In this document: one piece after another, positions 42,866 through 49,845 of the stretch
Numbering within the stretch: the stretch's first letter is position 1
How the letters are laid out: each line of letters starts with the position of its first letter
Assembly (NCBI GenBank): GCA_003695625.1
Contig: RFIB01000337.1
Location: forward strand, 1 to 49,845
From: Acidobacteriota bacterium
GTDB taxonomy: Bacteria > Acidobacteriota > Polarisedimenticolia > J045
Reading direction: 5' to 3'
DNA: 49,845 bases
The notes under the pieces: model-generated
Databases searched by the model: none
Seen by the model: the letters and a program-made list of their open reading frames with translations, nothing else
Told to the model about the DNA's origin: nothing
Translations under genes and position numbers: made by a program

Positions 42866-43408
42866 CTACGTCGACGCCTCGAGCGTCTCGCAGACGATGT
42901 TGTCGTTGGTGTAGATGTCGATGCCGGCGGCGATCGCCAGCGCGTTGCGGGCGATCTGCTCCGCGTCGAGTTCGGTGAACCGGGCCAGGGCGCGCGCCGC
43001 CGCGAGCGCGAGCGCCCCGCCGCTGCCGACCGCGAGCAGCCCGTCGTCGGGCTCGATCAGGTCGCCGGTCCCCGACAGCAGCAGCGTGCGCTCGCGGTCG
43101 GCGACGACGAGCACCGCGTCGAGCCGGCGCAGCGCGCGGTCGGTCCGCCAGTCGCGGACCAGCTCGATCGCCGCCCGCTCGAGCCGCCGGCCGTGCTGCT
43201 CGAGCTTCTCCTCGAAGCGCGAGAACAGGGCGAAGGCGTCGGCAGCCCCCCCGGCGAATCCGGCGAGCACCTCGCCGCCCGCCAGCCGCCGCACCTTGCG
43301 CGCCGAGCCCTTGATCACGGTCCGGTCGAGGGTGACCTGCCCGTCGCCGGCCAGCGCCACCCGCCCGTCCCGGCGCACCGCCAGCACGGTGGTCCTGCGC
43401 ATCCGCAT
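42866..43408 (-). CDS. hslV: ATP-dependent protease peptidase subunit HslV
   Basis: TTVLAV (catalytic Thr), [41 protein letters not shown]. Confidence 0.97.
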   Translation of the reverse strand: MRMRRTTVLAVRRDGRVALAGDGQVTLDRTVIKGSARKVRRLAGGEVLAGFAGGAADAFALFSRFEEKLEQHGRRLERAAIELVRDWRTDRALRRLDAVLVVADRERTLLLSGTGDLIEPDDGLLAVGSGGALALAAARALARFTELDAEQIARNALAIAAGIDIYTNDNIVCETLEAST

Positions 43409-43536
43409 CCGTCGTCTTCTCCGTGGCTTGGCGGCGTTCTCCGGCCGCCGCGCCCGCCCTGTCGACCGGTCCGGACGCCCGCCTATATTGGACCCCGAGG
43501 GTGGGTGCGTAAAGGAAGCGGGCGGGCGCTGTGGCC

Positions 43537-45396
43537 ATGGAACGCGGCGGACGACGAGATCGCCTCGCGCTGGTCGCGATGGCGCTGGGAGCGGTCCCGG
43601 CGACCGCCTGGCTCGCGCTCCGCGGCACCCCCCCGCCCACCGACGCGCTGATCACCTGGCTCGTGTTCCTCGCCCTCGGGCTGGCGTGGTCCGGACTCGC
43701 GCGGCTCGGCCGAGGCTCGACCGAGCGCGACCTCGCCTCGGCGCTCGTTCCCGCCACGTATCTCGCTCTCGTCCCGTTCGCGCCGCCGCTGCTGGTCGTG
43801 GTCAGCGCCGTCGCGCTCGCGCTGACCGAGGGCGTGCTCGGCCGCCGCGATGCGCGCGCGACGCTCGCCACGACGCTCGCCGCGCTGGGCGGGACCGCCG
43901 CCGCAGCGCTGCTGGTCGGCTGGCTGCTGTCAGGCGGTGATCCCGCCGCGCTCGACTCGACGCTCGGATCGGTGCTCGCCGGGCTGGTGTTCGGCGTGAC
44001 GGCGCACTTTCTCGCCCGCCGGATCGACCGGCGCCCGGCGCCGTCGGGTGCCGCGGAGGGCGCCGTCGGCCTCTCCCCGCCGGTCCGCTCGGTGATCACC
44101 GCCTGCGCCGCCGGACTGCTCGCCTCGAGCTGGACACTGCATCCGCTGCTGATCGTCGTCGCGGCGATCCCGCTCACGCTGCTGCTGCTCGTCGTCGCCC
44201 GCCTCGAGGCCGATCACCGCCAGCTCGCGCTGAGCCGGGCGGAGCTGGCGCGCGTCGAGTCACGCCTCGAGCGCTCGGAGAAGCTCTCCGCCCTCGGCCA
44301 GCTCGCCTCGGCCGTCGCGCACGAGCTGAACAACCCGCTCGCCTCGCTGATCGCCGCGGCCGAACTGCTCGGCAGCGGAGGAGACGAGCGCACGCGCGAG
44401 AAGCTGCGCGAGCGGATCCTGCGCGAGGCGCGCCGCGCGTCGCTGATCGTCTCCGAGCTGCTCGCATTCTCGCGCCAGCGCCGGCCGCGCCCCCGGCGCT
44501 GCGAGCCGCGCCGCGTGATCGAGGAGGTGATCGCGCTGCGTGCCGAGCCCTGCCGCGAGCAGGGGATCGCGCTGTCCGCCGAGATTCCGCCCGACCTGCC
44601 CGCGCTGCGGGCCGACGGGCACCAGCTCGTCCAGCTGCTGGTCAACCTCGTCACCAACGCGGAGCAGGCGATCCGCGGCTCCGGGAGCGGCGGTCGCATC
44701 GTCGTCCGTGCCCGCCGCACCGGGGGCGTGCTCGAGCTGACCGTCTCGGACGACGGTCCGGGCATCCCGCCGGACCAGGTCGAACGGATCTTCGAGCCGT
44801 TCTTCACCACGAAGAGGCCCGGCGAGGGGACCGGACTCGGACTGCCGATCTGCGCGGGGATCGTCCAGGAGCACGGCGGCAGGATCGACGTCGTCTCGCG
44901 TCCGGGACGCGGCACGTCGTTCGTCGTGCGCCTGCCGTGGGTCGAGCCGCAGGCGGGGGACGAGGCGGAACCGACCGCGTCCGGCGAGACCACCGCACCG
45001 ACGGCACCGTTCGGGCGCGGGCGCCGCGTGCTCGTCGCCGACGACGAGGAGGGCGTGCGCGAGGTGCTGGCCGAGGCGATGGCGCGCTGGGGCTTCGAGG
45101 TGGTCACCGCGGCGACCGGCGACCAGGCCCTCGCCGCGATGCGGCGCGCACCGTTCGATCTCGGCCTGATCGACCGCCAGATGCCCGGTCCGGGCGGGAC
45201 CGAGCTGGTCGGCCGCGCCGAGCGCGCCGGCTGCGCCCCGCGGGCGGTGATCTACGTCACCGGCGAGCTGCCCGGCGAGGGGGAACCCGATCCGGCGCGC
45301 CCGACGCTGGCCAAGCCGTTCACGCTCGACGCGCTGCGCGACGCGGTCGCCGGCGCCCTGGCGCGTCAGCCGGCCGGCGAGCCGAGCGCGGTCTGA
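43537..45396 (+). CDS. Hybrid sensor histidine kinase (multi-TM input, HisKA, HATPase, REC)
   Basis: Several hydrophobic segments; [67 protein letters not shown]. Confidence 0.92.
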   Translation: MERGGRRDRLALVAMALGAVPATAWLALRGTPPPTDALITWLVFLALGLAWSGLARLGRGSTERDLASALVPATYLALVPFAPPLLVVVSAVALALTEGVLGRRDARATLATTLAALGGTAAAALLVGWLLSGGDPAALDSTLGSVLAGLVFGVTAHFLARRIDRRPAPSGAAEGAVGLSPPVRSVITACAAGLLASSWTLHPLLIVVAAIPLTLLLLVVARLEADHRQLALSRAELARVESRLERSEKLSALGQLASAVAHELNNPLASLIAAAELLGSGGDERTREKLRERILREARRASLIVSELLAFSRQRRPRPRRCEPRRVIEEVIALRAEPCREQGIALSAEIPPDLPALRADGHQLVQLLVNLVTNAEQAIRGSGSGGRIVVRARRTGGVLELTVSDDGPGIPPDQVERIFEPFFTTKRPGEGTGLGLPICAGIVQEHGGRIDVVSRPGRGTSFVVRLPWVEPQAGDEAEPTASGETTAPTAPFGRGRRVLVADDEEGVREVLAEAMARWGFEVVTAATGDQALAAMRRAPFDLGLIDRQMPGPGGTELVGRAERAGCAPRAVIYVTGELPGEGEPDPARPTLAKPFTLDALRDAVAGALARQPAGEPSAV

Positions 45397-46178
45397 GACG
45401 CGGTGCCGGCCGCCTCCTGCTCGAGCCGCCGCGCCATCTCGCGCGCCTGCTGCGCGAACCGGCCGCCGGCGTACTCGGTGAGCAGCCGCTCGAGGCTGGC
45501 CCGTGCATTTTCGAGGTCGCCGACGGCGCGGTAGGCCTGGGCCAGACGCAGCATCGCCTCCTCGCGGCGCAACGAGCGCGGGTAGCGGTCGATCATGTAG
45601 GTCAGCCGGCCGATGGTGCCCGCGTAGTGTCCGCCCTCGAAGTAGAACTCGGCGACCTTCCACTCGTGCTCAGCGAGCCGCGTCTGCACGCGCGCGAGCA
45701 TCTCGCGCGCCGGCTGCTGCCACGGACTGTCCGCCGGCAGCTCGCGGATCATCGCCTCGAAGTGCGCCAGCGCCCGCAGCGAGTACTCCTGGTCGTTCTC
45801 CGGGCTCTCGGCCTGGCGGAACAGGCACAGGCCGATCATGTAGCGCGCCCGGTCGGCCTCCGGGTGCGTCGGGAAGAAGCTCAGGAACTGCTCGTAGCGG
45901 TTCTGCGCCTCGATCGTGTTGACCGTGCCGCCCTGGTAGAAGTAGGCGTCGGCGATGGCGAGCTTGACCTTCGGGTCGAGCGTCTCGCTGACCGGCGTGA
46001 GCAGCCCGACGTCGCCGAGCAGCTCGATCGCCTGCAGGAACTGGCGCTTGGCGATCTTCTCGCGCGCCTTGCGGTAGAGCAGCTCGTTGTCGTCGATCAG
46101 CTCGCGATTGCGCGCGCAGCCCGAGGCGGCGATCGCCGCGAGCAGCGCGATCGTCCACAGGGCGCGGCTCCGGGGCAT
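45366..46178 (-). CDS. bamD: Outer membrane protein assembly lipoprotein BamD
   Basis: Lipobox ASG-C; TPR-like helices; YEQFLSFFPTHP.AD.A.YMIG, DQEYS..AL..F, RLAEHEWKVAEFY, DRYP. Confidence 0.88.
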   Translation of the reverse strand: MPRSRALWTIALLAAIAASGCARNRELIDDNELLYRKAREKIAKRQFLQAIELLGDVGLLTPVSETLDPKVKLAIADAYFYQGGTVNTIEAQNRYEQFLSFFPTHPEADRARYMIGLCLFRQAESPENDQEYSLRALAHFEAMIRELPADSPWQQPAREMLARVQTRLAEHEWKVAEFYFEGGHYAGTIGRLTYMIDRYPRSLRREEAMLRLAQAYRAVGDLENARASLERLLTEYAGGRFAQQAREMARRLEQEAAGTASQTALGSPAG

Positions 46179-46609
46179 CAGGGCTCCTCCTCGGCGGCGG
46201 GATCGACCCACGGGGCGAGGATCTCGCGCACGGCGACGGGAATCCGTCGCGGGCGGCCATCGAGCCCGCACGACGCGTGCTCGGTGAAGCCGCGCGCCAG
46301 CTCTCCCGTTCCGTCCGGTCCCTCGATACGGTACCGGAACCTGACCCGGACGCCAGCGAGTCCGGCCAGCACGGTGCGGACCGTCAGCAGCTCGTCGTAG
46401 CGCGCCGGCCGCCGGTAGCGCGCCCCGAGCTCGACGACCGGGAACATCAGCCCCAGCTCCTCCTCGAGGCGCACGTACGGCAGCCCGGCGGCGCGCATCA
46501 GCTCGGTGCGCCCGATCTCGAACCAGACCGGGTAGCGGCTGTGATGCGCGAACCCCATCCGGTCGACCTCGGGATAGCCGACCCGGACCGTCGTGCAGTG
46601 GGCGCTCAC
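46178..46609 (-). CDS. Acyl-CoA thioesterase, YbgC/4HBT family
   Basis: RVGYPEVDRMGFAHHSRY..WFEIGRTE, YRRPARYDE, GRPRRIP. Confidence 0.9.
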   Translation of the reverse strand: MSAHCTTVRVGYPEVDRMGFAHHSRYPVWFEIGRTELMRAAGLPYVRLEEELGLMFPVVELGARYRRPARYDELLTVRTVLAGLAGVRVRFRYRIEGPDGTGELARGFTEHASCGLDGRPRRIPVAVREILAPWVDPAAEEEP

Positions 46610-47271
46610 GCAAGCCCCCGCTGCGCGGCCGCCCGCAGCTCGCGGACCGCCTGCGCCGCGTCCGGACGCCCGAACACGGCGTTGCCCGCGACGAGCGAGC
46701 GCGCGCCGGCCCGGACGACCGCCTCGGCGTTGTCCGGCCCGATGCCGCCGTCGACCTGGATCCGCGTCGCGGACCCCTGCGCGGCGATCCGCTCGGCGAG
46801 CCGCGCGATCCGCGCGGTGGCCCGCTCGATGAACGACTGGCCGCCGAAGCCGGGGTTGACCGACATCACGAGCACCCAGTCGGCCTCGTCGAGCACCTCG
46901 CCGACCGCCTCGAGCGGCGTCGCGGGGTTGATCGCGACGCCCGCCTCGGCCCCGGCCTCGCGGATCGCGCCGAGCGCCCGGTGCAGGTGCACCGTCGCCT
47001 CGGCGTGGATCGTGATCCGGTGCGCCCCCGCCTCGGCATAGCGCGCGATCCACGCCTCGGGATGCTCGATCATCAGGTGGCAGTCGAGCGGAAGCTCCGT
47101 CGCCGCGCGCAACGCGCGCACGACCGGCGGCCCGATCGTCAGGTTCGGCACGAAGTGGCCGTCCATGACGTCGACGTGCACCACGTCGGCGCCGCCCTGC
47201 TCGATGCGCTGCAGCTCGTCGGCGAGTCGCGCGAAGTCCGCGCTGAGGATCGACGGCGCGATCTCGATCAT
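46606..47271 (-). CDS. rpe: Ribulose-phosphate 3-epimerase
   Basis: IAPSILSADF, HVDVMDGHFVPNLTIG, DCHLMI, MSVNPGFGGQSF, VDGGI. Confidence 0.98.
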   Translation of the reverse strand: MIEIAPSILSADFARLADELQRIEQGGADVVHVDVMDGHFVPNLTIGPPVVRALRAATELPLDCHLMIEHPEAWIARYAEAGAHRITIHAEATVHLHRALGAIREAGAEAGVAINPATPLEAVGEVLDEADWVLVMSVNPGFGGQSFIERATARIARLAERIAAQGSATRIQVDGGIGPDNAEAVVRAGARSLVAGNAVFGRPDAAQAVRELRAAAQRGLA

Positions 47272-48113
47272 CGGGGAATCTCCATCTCGAGCACCATCGG
47301 CGGGCGCGTGACGATCGACACGCGGTCGCCGGGGCGCACGCGGTGGCCCGGACGCGGCCACTGGTCGGCAATCGTGTCCTGCTCACCGGGCGCCGCGGTC
47401 GAACCGTCGCGGCGCGCACGGATCCGCCGGAAGCCGGCCCGCTCGAGCGCCCGGCGCACCGCGGACCACGCCCGGCCCTCGAGGTCGGGCATGACGAAGG
47501 CCCGCTCCGGCGGGCCGGCGCTGACGAGCAGCGCGACCCGGTCGCCGGGATACGCCTCGGTGCCGGGCGGCGGGTCCTGCGAGATCACCCGCCCGATCGG
47601 CACGCGCGCGGACGGGACGGTCATCGTGTGCCGGACCGACAGCCGCGCGGCCCGCAGCGCGAGCTGGGCGCCGCGCGCGCTCATCCCGGCCAGGTCCGGC
47701 ACGACCGCCCGGGCGGGCCCGAGGCTGAGCACGAGACGCACCGGCCGGGCGCGCTTGGTCCGGGTGCCGGCGAGCGGAAACTGCTCGAGGACCTTGCCCG
47801 CGGGGACGTTCGGGTCGTGTCGCGAGCCGCTGACCGCCACGCGCAGCCCGCTGCGCTCGAGCAGCGCGCGCGCCTCGTCGGCCTCGAGGTCGACCACGTC
47901 GGGCACGACGAGTTCGGGACGCGAGACCGCCGCGCGCAGCGTCAGGTAGAGCCCGAATCCGAACGCCGCGCCGAGCGTGCCGGCGAGGATCAACCCGATA
48001 CCGGCGATCCGTCCGGCCCCCGCCAGCATCAGGCGCCAGCGGGCGGCCGTCCGACGGGACTCTCCCCTCTCCGCCCCGCACTCCGCATCGGTCGCCGGGC
48101 TGTCTTCCGCCAT
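47268..48113 (-). CDS. Membrane-anchored PASTA-repeat protein (three repeats, no kinase domain)
   Basis: One TM, then VVPDVVDL...A..LL...GL, VVPDLAGMS...A...L and VMPDLEGR, each with a Q.P..G motif; coupled to rpe. Confidence 0.88.
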   Translation of the reverse strand: MAEDSPATDAECGAERGESRRTAARWRLMLAGAGRIAGIGLILAGTLGAAFGFGLYLTLRAAVSRPELVVPDVVDLEADEARALLERSGLRVAVSGSRHDPNVPAGKVLEQFPLAGTRTKRARPVRLVLSLGPARAVVPDLAGMSARGAQLALRAARLSVRHTMTVPSARVPIGRVISQDPPPGTEAYPGDRVALLVSAGPPERAFVMPDLEGRAWSAVRRALERAGFRRIRARRDGSTAAPGEQDTIADQWPRPGHRVRPGDRVSIVTRPPMVLEMEIPR

Positions 48114-48132
48114 GCGGTCACTCCGGGAATCG

Positions 48133-48170
48133 GGCATCCCGCGGCTCGGGCGGGATGCCGCTGAAGTCTA
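48133..48170 (-). promoter_or_regulatory. Candidate -10 element and 5'-UTR hairpin for PASTA-rpe-thioesterase-bamD
   Basis: Minus strand TAGACT (48170-48165); perfect 10-bp stem GGCATCCCGC-N7-GCGGGATGCC (48133-48159). Confidence 0.4.
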
Positions 48171-48329
48171 GCTGGAGCGGACGGTCGAAGTCGAAGCGGG
48201 GTGCCGCAGACGCACTCGATGCCTCGCCCGCAGGGTTGCACGCCCGAGCCGTGGCCGGAGGTCATGCGACGAGCTGCGCGATCGTCGTCCGGACCCGAGC
48301 CGAAGCACCGCGGATGCAGGCCGGGCGCC

Positions 48330-48354
48330 GCAAGCCGGCCCAAGGCCGGCTTGC
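48330..48354 (-). terminator. Hairpin just downstream of the Cys-rich gene
   Basis: Perfect 11-bp stem GCAAGCCGGCC-caa-GGCCGGCTTGC, 8 nt past the stop; no U tract. Confidence 0.55.
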
Positions 48355-48362
48355 AGGCGCCC

Positions 48363-48869
48363 CTACGGCTTGCTCACCGGCTTGCACTTGCCGCTGCCGG
48401 TAATCGTGCCACAGCCCGTCTCGCAGTCGGCCTCGGCATTGTTCACGCCGCCGTCCGAACACTTCATGTGCTTCCCGTTGTTCGGTGTGCAGCGACCGCC
48501 GTCGACCGAAAGTTCATAGTTCTTGTCAGGGCACTCGAGCGTGCTGCTCGCGAAGGGCAGCGGATCCGGAGGCGTCCAGTCCACGGGAACGACCAGGCAG
48601 AACCCTTTGCCGAACACGGAGCCGCAGCCAGTCGCTGAAGCGCTGGCGCCGCTGCTCCCGTCGGGCGACGTGCACCGCATCTCGGGGCCCACCAAGGTGC
48701 ACTGCCCGCCTTCCACGCCCGGAGACAGCGCGTAGAGCGTCCCCGTGCCGTTGTCCCAGACCGTCATCGGAACGGAGCCATCGGCGAGGGCCGACCCTGC
48801 GGCAGCCAGCCCGACGACGACGAGTGCGACGAACCATGTCCGCACCGTCCGGCCAACGTGTCGGTACAT
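48363..48869 (-). CDS. Secreted cysteine-rich protein (168 aa, 10 Cys, two internal repeats), unknown function
   Basis: SD AAAGGAGG (48884-48877) 7 nt before the ATG; signal peptide ending ALA-D; Cys at 57, 66, 82, 91, 113, 127, 137, 149, 153, 162; own promoter and 3' hairpin. Confidence 0.85.
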   Translation of the reverse strand: MYRHVGRTVRTWFVALVVVGLAAAGSALADGSVPMTVWDNGTGTLYALSPGVEGGQCTLVGPEMRCTSPDGSSGASASATGCGSVFGKGFCLVVPVDWTPPDPLPFASSTLECPDKNYELSVDGGRCTPNNGKHMKCSDGGVNNAEADCETGCGTITGSGKCKPVSKP

Positions 48870-48924
48870 GATTTGTCCTCCTTTCCGAAGTCCATGTCGC
48901 GTTCCGGCCGGTTGCGACGTGAAA

Positions 48925-48955
48925 ATTCTAGCCCCCCCCCGCGCGCAAACGTCAA
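48925..48955 (-). promoter_or_regulatory. Sigma70-type promoter with a G9 tract in the spacer
   Basis: Minus strand TTGACG-tttgcgcgcGGGGGGGGGc-TAGAAT; 19-nt spacer; the -35 overlaps the rsmB stop codon. Confidence 0.7.
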
Positions 48956-49845
48956 GCTCGTCCCCGTGAGGCCCGCGCCCGCCCGGACCGCAGGACGAGA
49001 CATGCCGCCTGGAAGCCCTCCCACGGACCGAGGTCGGGGCGCGTGAGCAGGCAGCGCGGCTCGCGCGGATCCGCAAGCGAGGCGGCTTCGGCGCCGAGCC
49101 GTGCCGGCGCGTCGTCCAGGTCGAACTCCGGATGACGCACGAGGAACGAGCGCACCTGCTCGATCCCCTCCTCCGGCTCGAGGCTGCACACCGCGTAGAC
49201 CAGCCGCCCGCCGGGGGCGACGAGCCGCGCCGCGCCGTCGAGCAGCGCGCGCTGGAGCGCGGCGGCACGGGCCACGTCGCCGGCGGTCACGCGCACCCGG
49301 CGCTCGGGCCGGCGCCGCAACGTGCCCGTTCCCGAGCAGGGAGCGTCGAGCAGGACGGTCGCGAACCGCCCGCCGACGAGCGGCGGGGTGCGCGCGTCCG
49401 CGCGGACGAGCGCCACCGGGGACGGGAGGTCCGCGCCGGTCAGGCGCCGCGCCAGCGCCCGCGCCCGGCCGGGGTGCGGCTCGAGCGCGACGGTCGGCCC
49501 GGCGCGACGCCACGCCAGCAGCAGCGTCTTGCCTCCGGGTGCCGCCGCGAGGTCGGCAGCGGGCCCCTCCGGGGCGTCGGCGGCGAGCCGGGCGACGATC
49601 GCCGCTCCCTGGTCGACCGCCACCGACGGTCCGGCCACCGGCTCTCCGGCCTCGGGATCTCCGCGGACGATCTCACGTCCGCCGGGCACGAGGCCGGCGG
49701 CGGCGTCAGCGCGCCGCCCCCACGCCCGCAGATCGACGACGAACGGCCGCGCCGGCCGCGTCGTCGCCGCGGCGATCGCCGCCGCCGCGTCCTCCCCGAA
49801 TGCGTCGCGCCAGCGCGCGAGCAGCCACCGCGGCACCGCGCGCAC
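48952..49845 (-). CDS. rsmB: 16S rRNA m5C967 methyltransferase RsmB (5'-partial)
   Basis: DLAAAPGGKT, LLDAPCSGTGTLRRRPE, PGGRLVYAVCSLEPEE; upstream of PASTA-rpe; runs off the window edge. Confidence 0.88.
   Translation of the reverse strand: MRAVPRWLLARWRDAFGEDAAAAIAAATTRPARPFVVDLRAWGRRADAAAGLVPGGREIVRGDPEAGEPVAGPSVAVDQGAAIVARLAADAPEGPAADLAAAPGGKTLLLAWRRAGPTVALEPHPGRARALARRLTGADLPSPVALVRADARTPPLVGGRFATVLLDAPCSGTGTLRRRPERRVRVTAGDVARAAALQRALLDGAARLVAPGGRLVYAVCSLEPEEGIEQVRSFLVRHPEFDLDDAPARLGAEAASLADPREPRCLLTRPDLGPWEGFQAACLVLRSGRARASRGRA

Noticed and set aside
43409..43536. CIRCE or sigma32 heat-shock element before hslV
   Set aside because: No TTAGCACTC-N9-GAGTGCTAA; only a short AT-rich patch (CTATATTG) that cannot be assigned to a strand or sigma factor.
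48363..48869. Cys-rich protein as a RiPP (ranthipeptide/lanthipeptide) precursor
   Set aside because: It has a Sec-type signal peptide and an even Cys count, with no modifying enzyme or peptide transporter nearby; disulfides are the simpler reading.

Overview
Very GC-rich bacterial chromosomal DNA, mostly core housekeeping genes. Gene order and protein styles (lolE-lolD-clpC-skp-lpxD-fabZ-lpxA; ClpC N-terminus; rsmB-PASTA-rpe) suggest a diderm, probably Acidobacteriota; this is an inference. From left to right: (1) infB(5'-partial)-DUF503-truB-rpsO-pnp, with strongly structured rpsO and pnp leaders; (2) an ATPase-less MshEN (c-di-GMP-binding motif) protein coupled to amrA, a VOC/glyoxalase remnant and a TsaP-like LysM protein; (3) a ~17 kb minus-strand envelope run: tsaB-rimI fusion, psd, pssA, hypothetical, lolE/D, clpC, skp, lpxD, fabZ, lpxA, GnnA-like oxidoreductase, serine hydrolase, TonB-like, DEAD helicase, exbB, exbD, rsmD; (4) prkA/yeaG-yeaH-spoVR; (5) lpxC-ntrY-like-ntrX-like, the regulator having a degenerate AAA+ domain; (6) GAF-like protein-EamA-methyltransferase; (7) hslV-hslU-lipoprotein-dapF; (8) a hybrid histidine kinase; (9) rsmB(partial)...PASTA-rpe-thioesterase-bamD. 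The most unusual element lies between rsmB and the PASTA gene: a secreted 168-aa protein with 10 Cys built from two internal repeats. Its near-consensus sigma70 promoter has a G9 homopolymer in a 19-bp spacer, a candidate phase-variation switch. I recognised no tRNA, rRNA, CRISPR array, IS or prophage. Start codons were re-picked by eye from SD sites and stop/start overlaps, and all family calls rest on motif recognition, not database searches.
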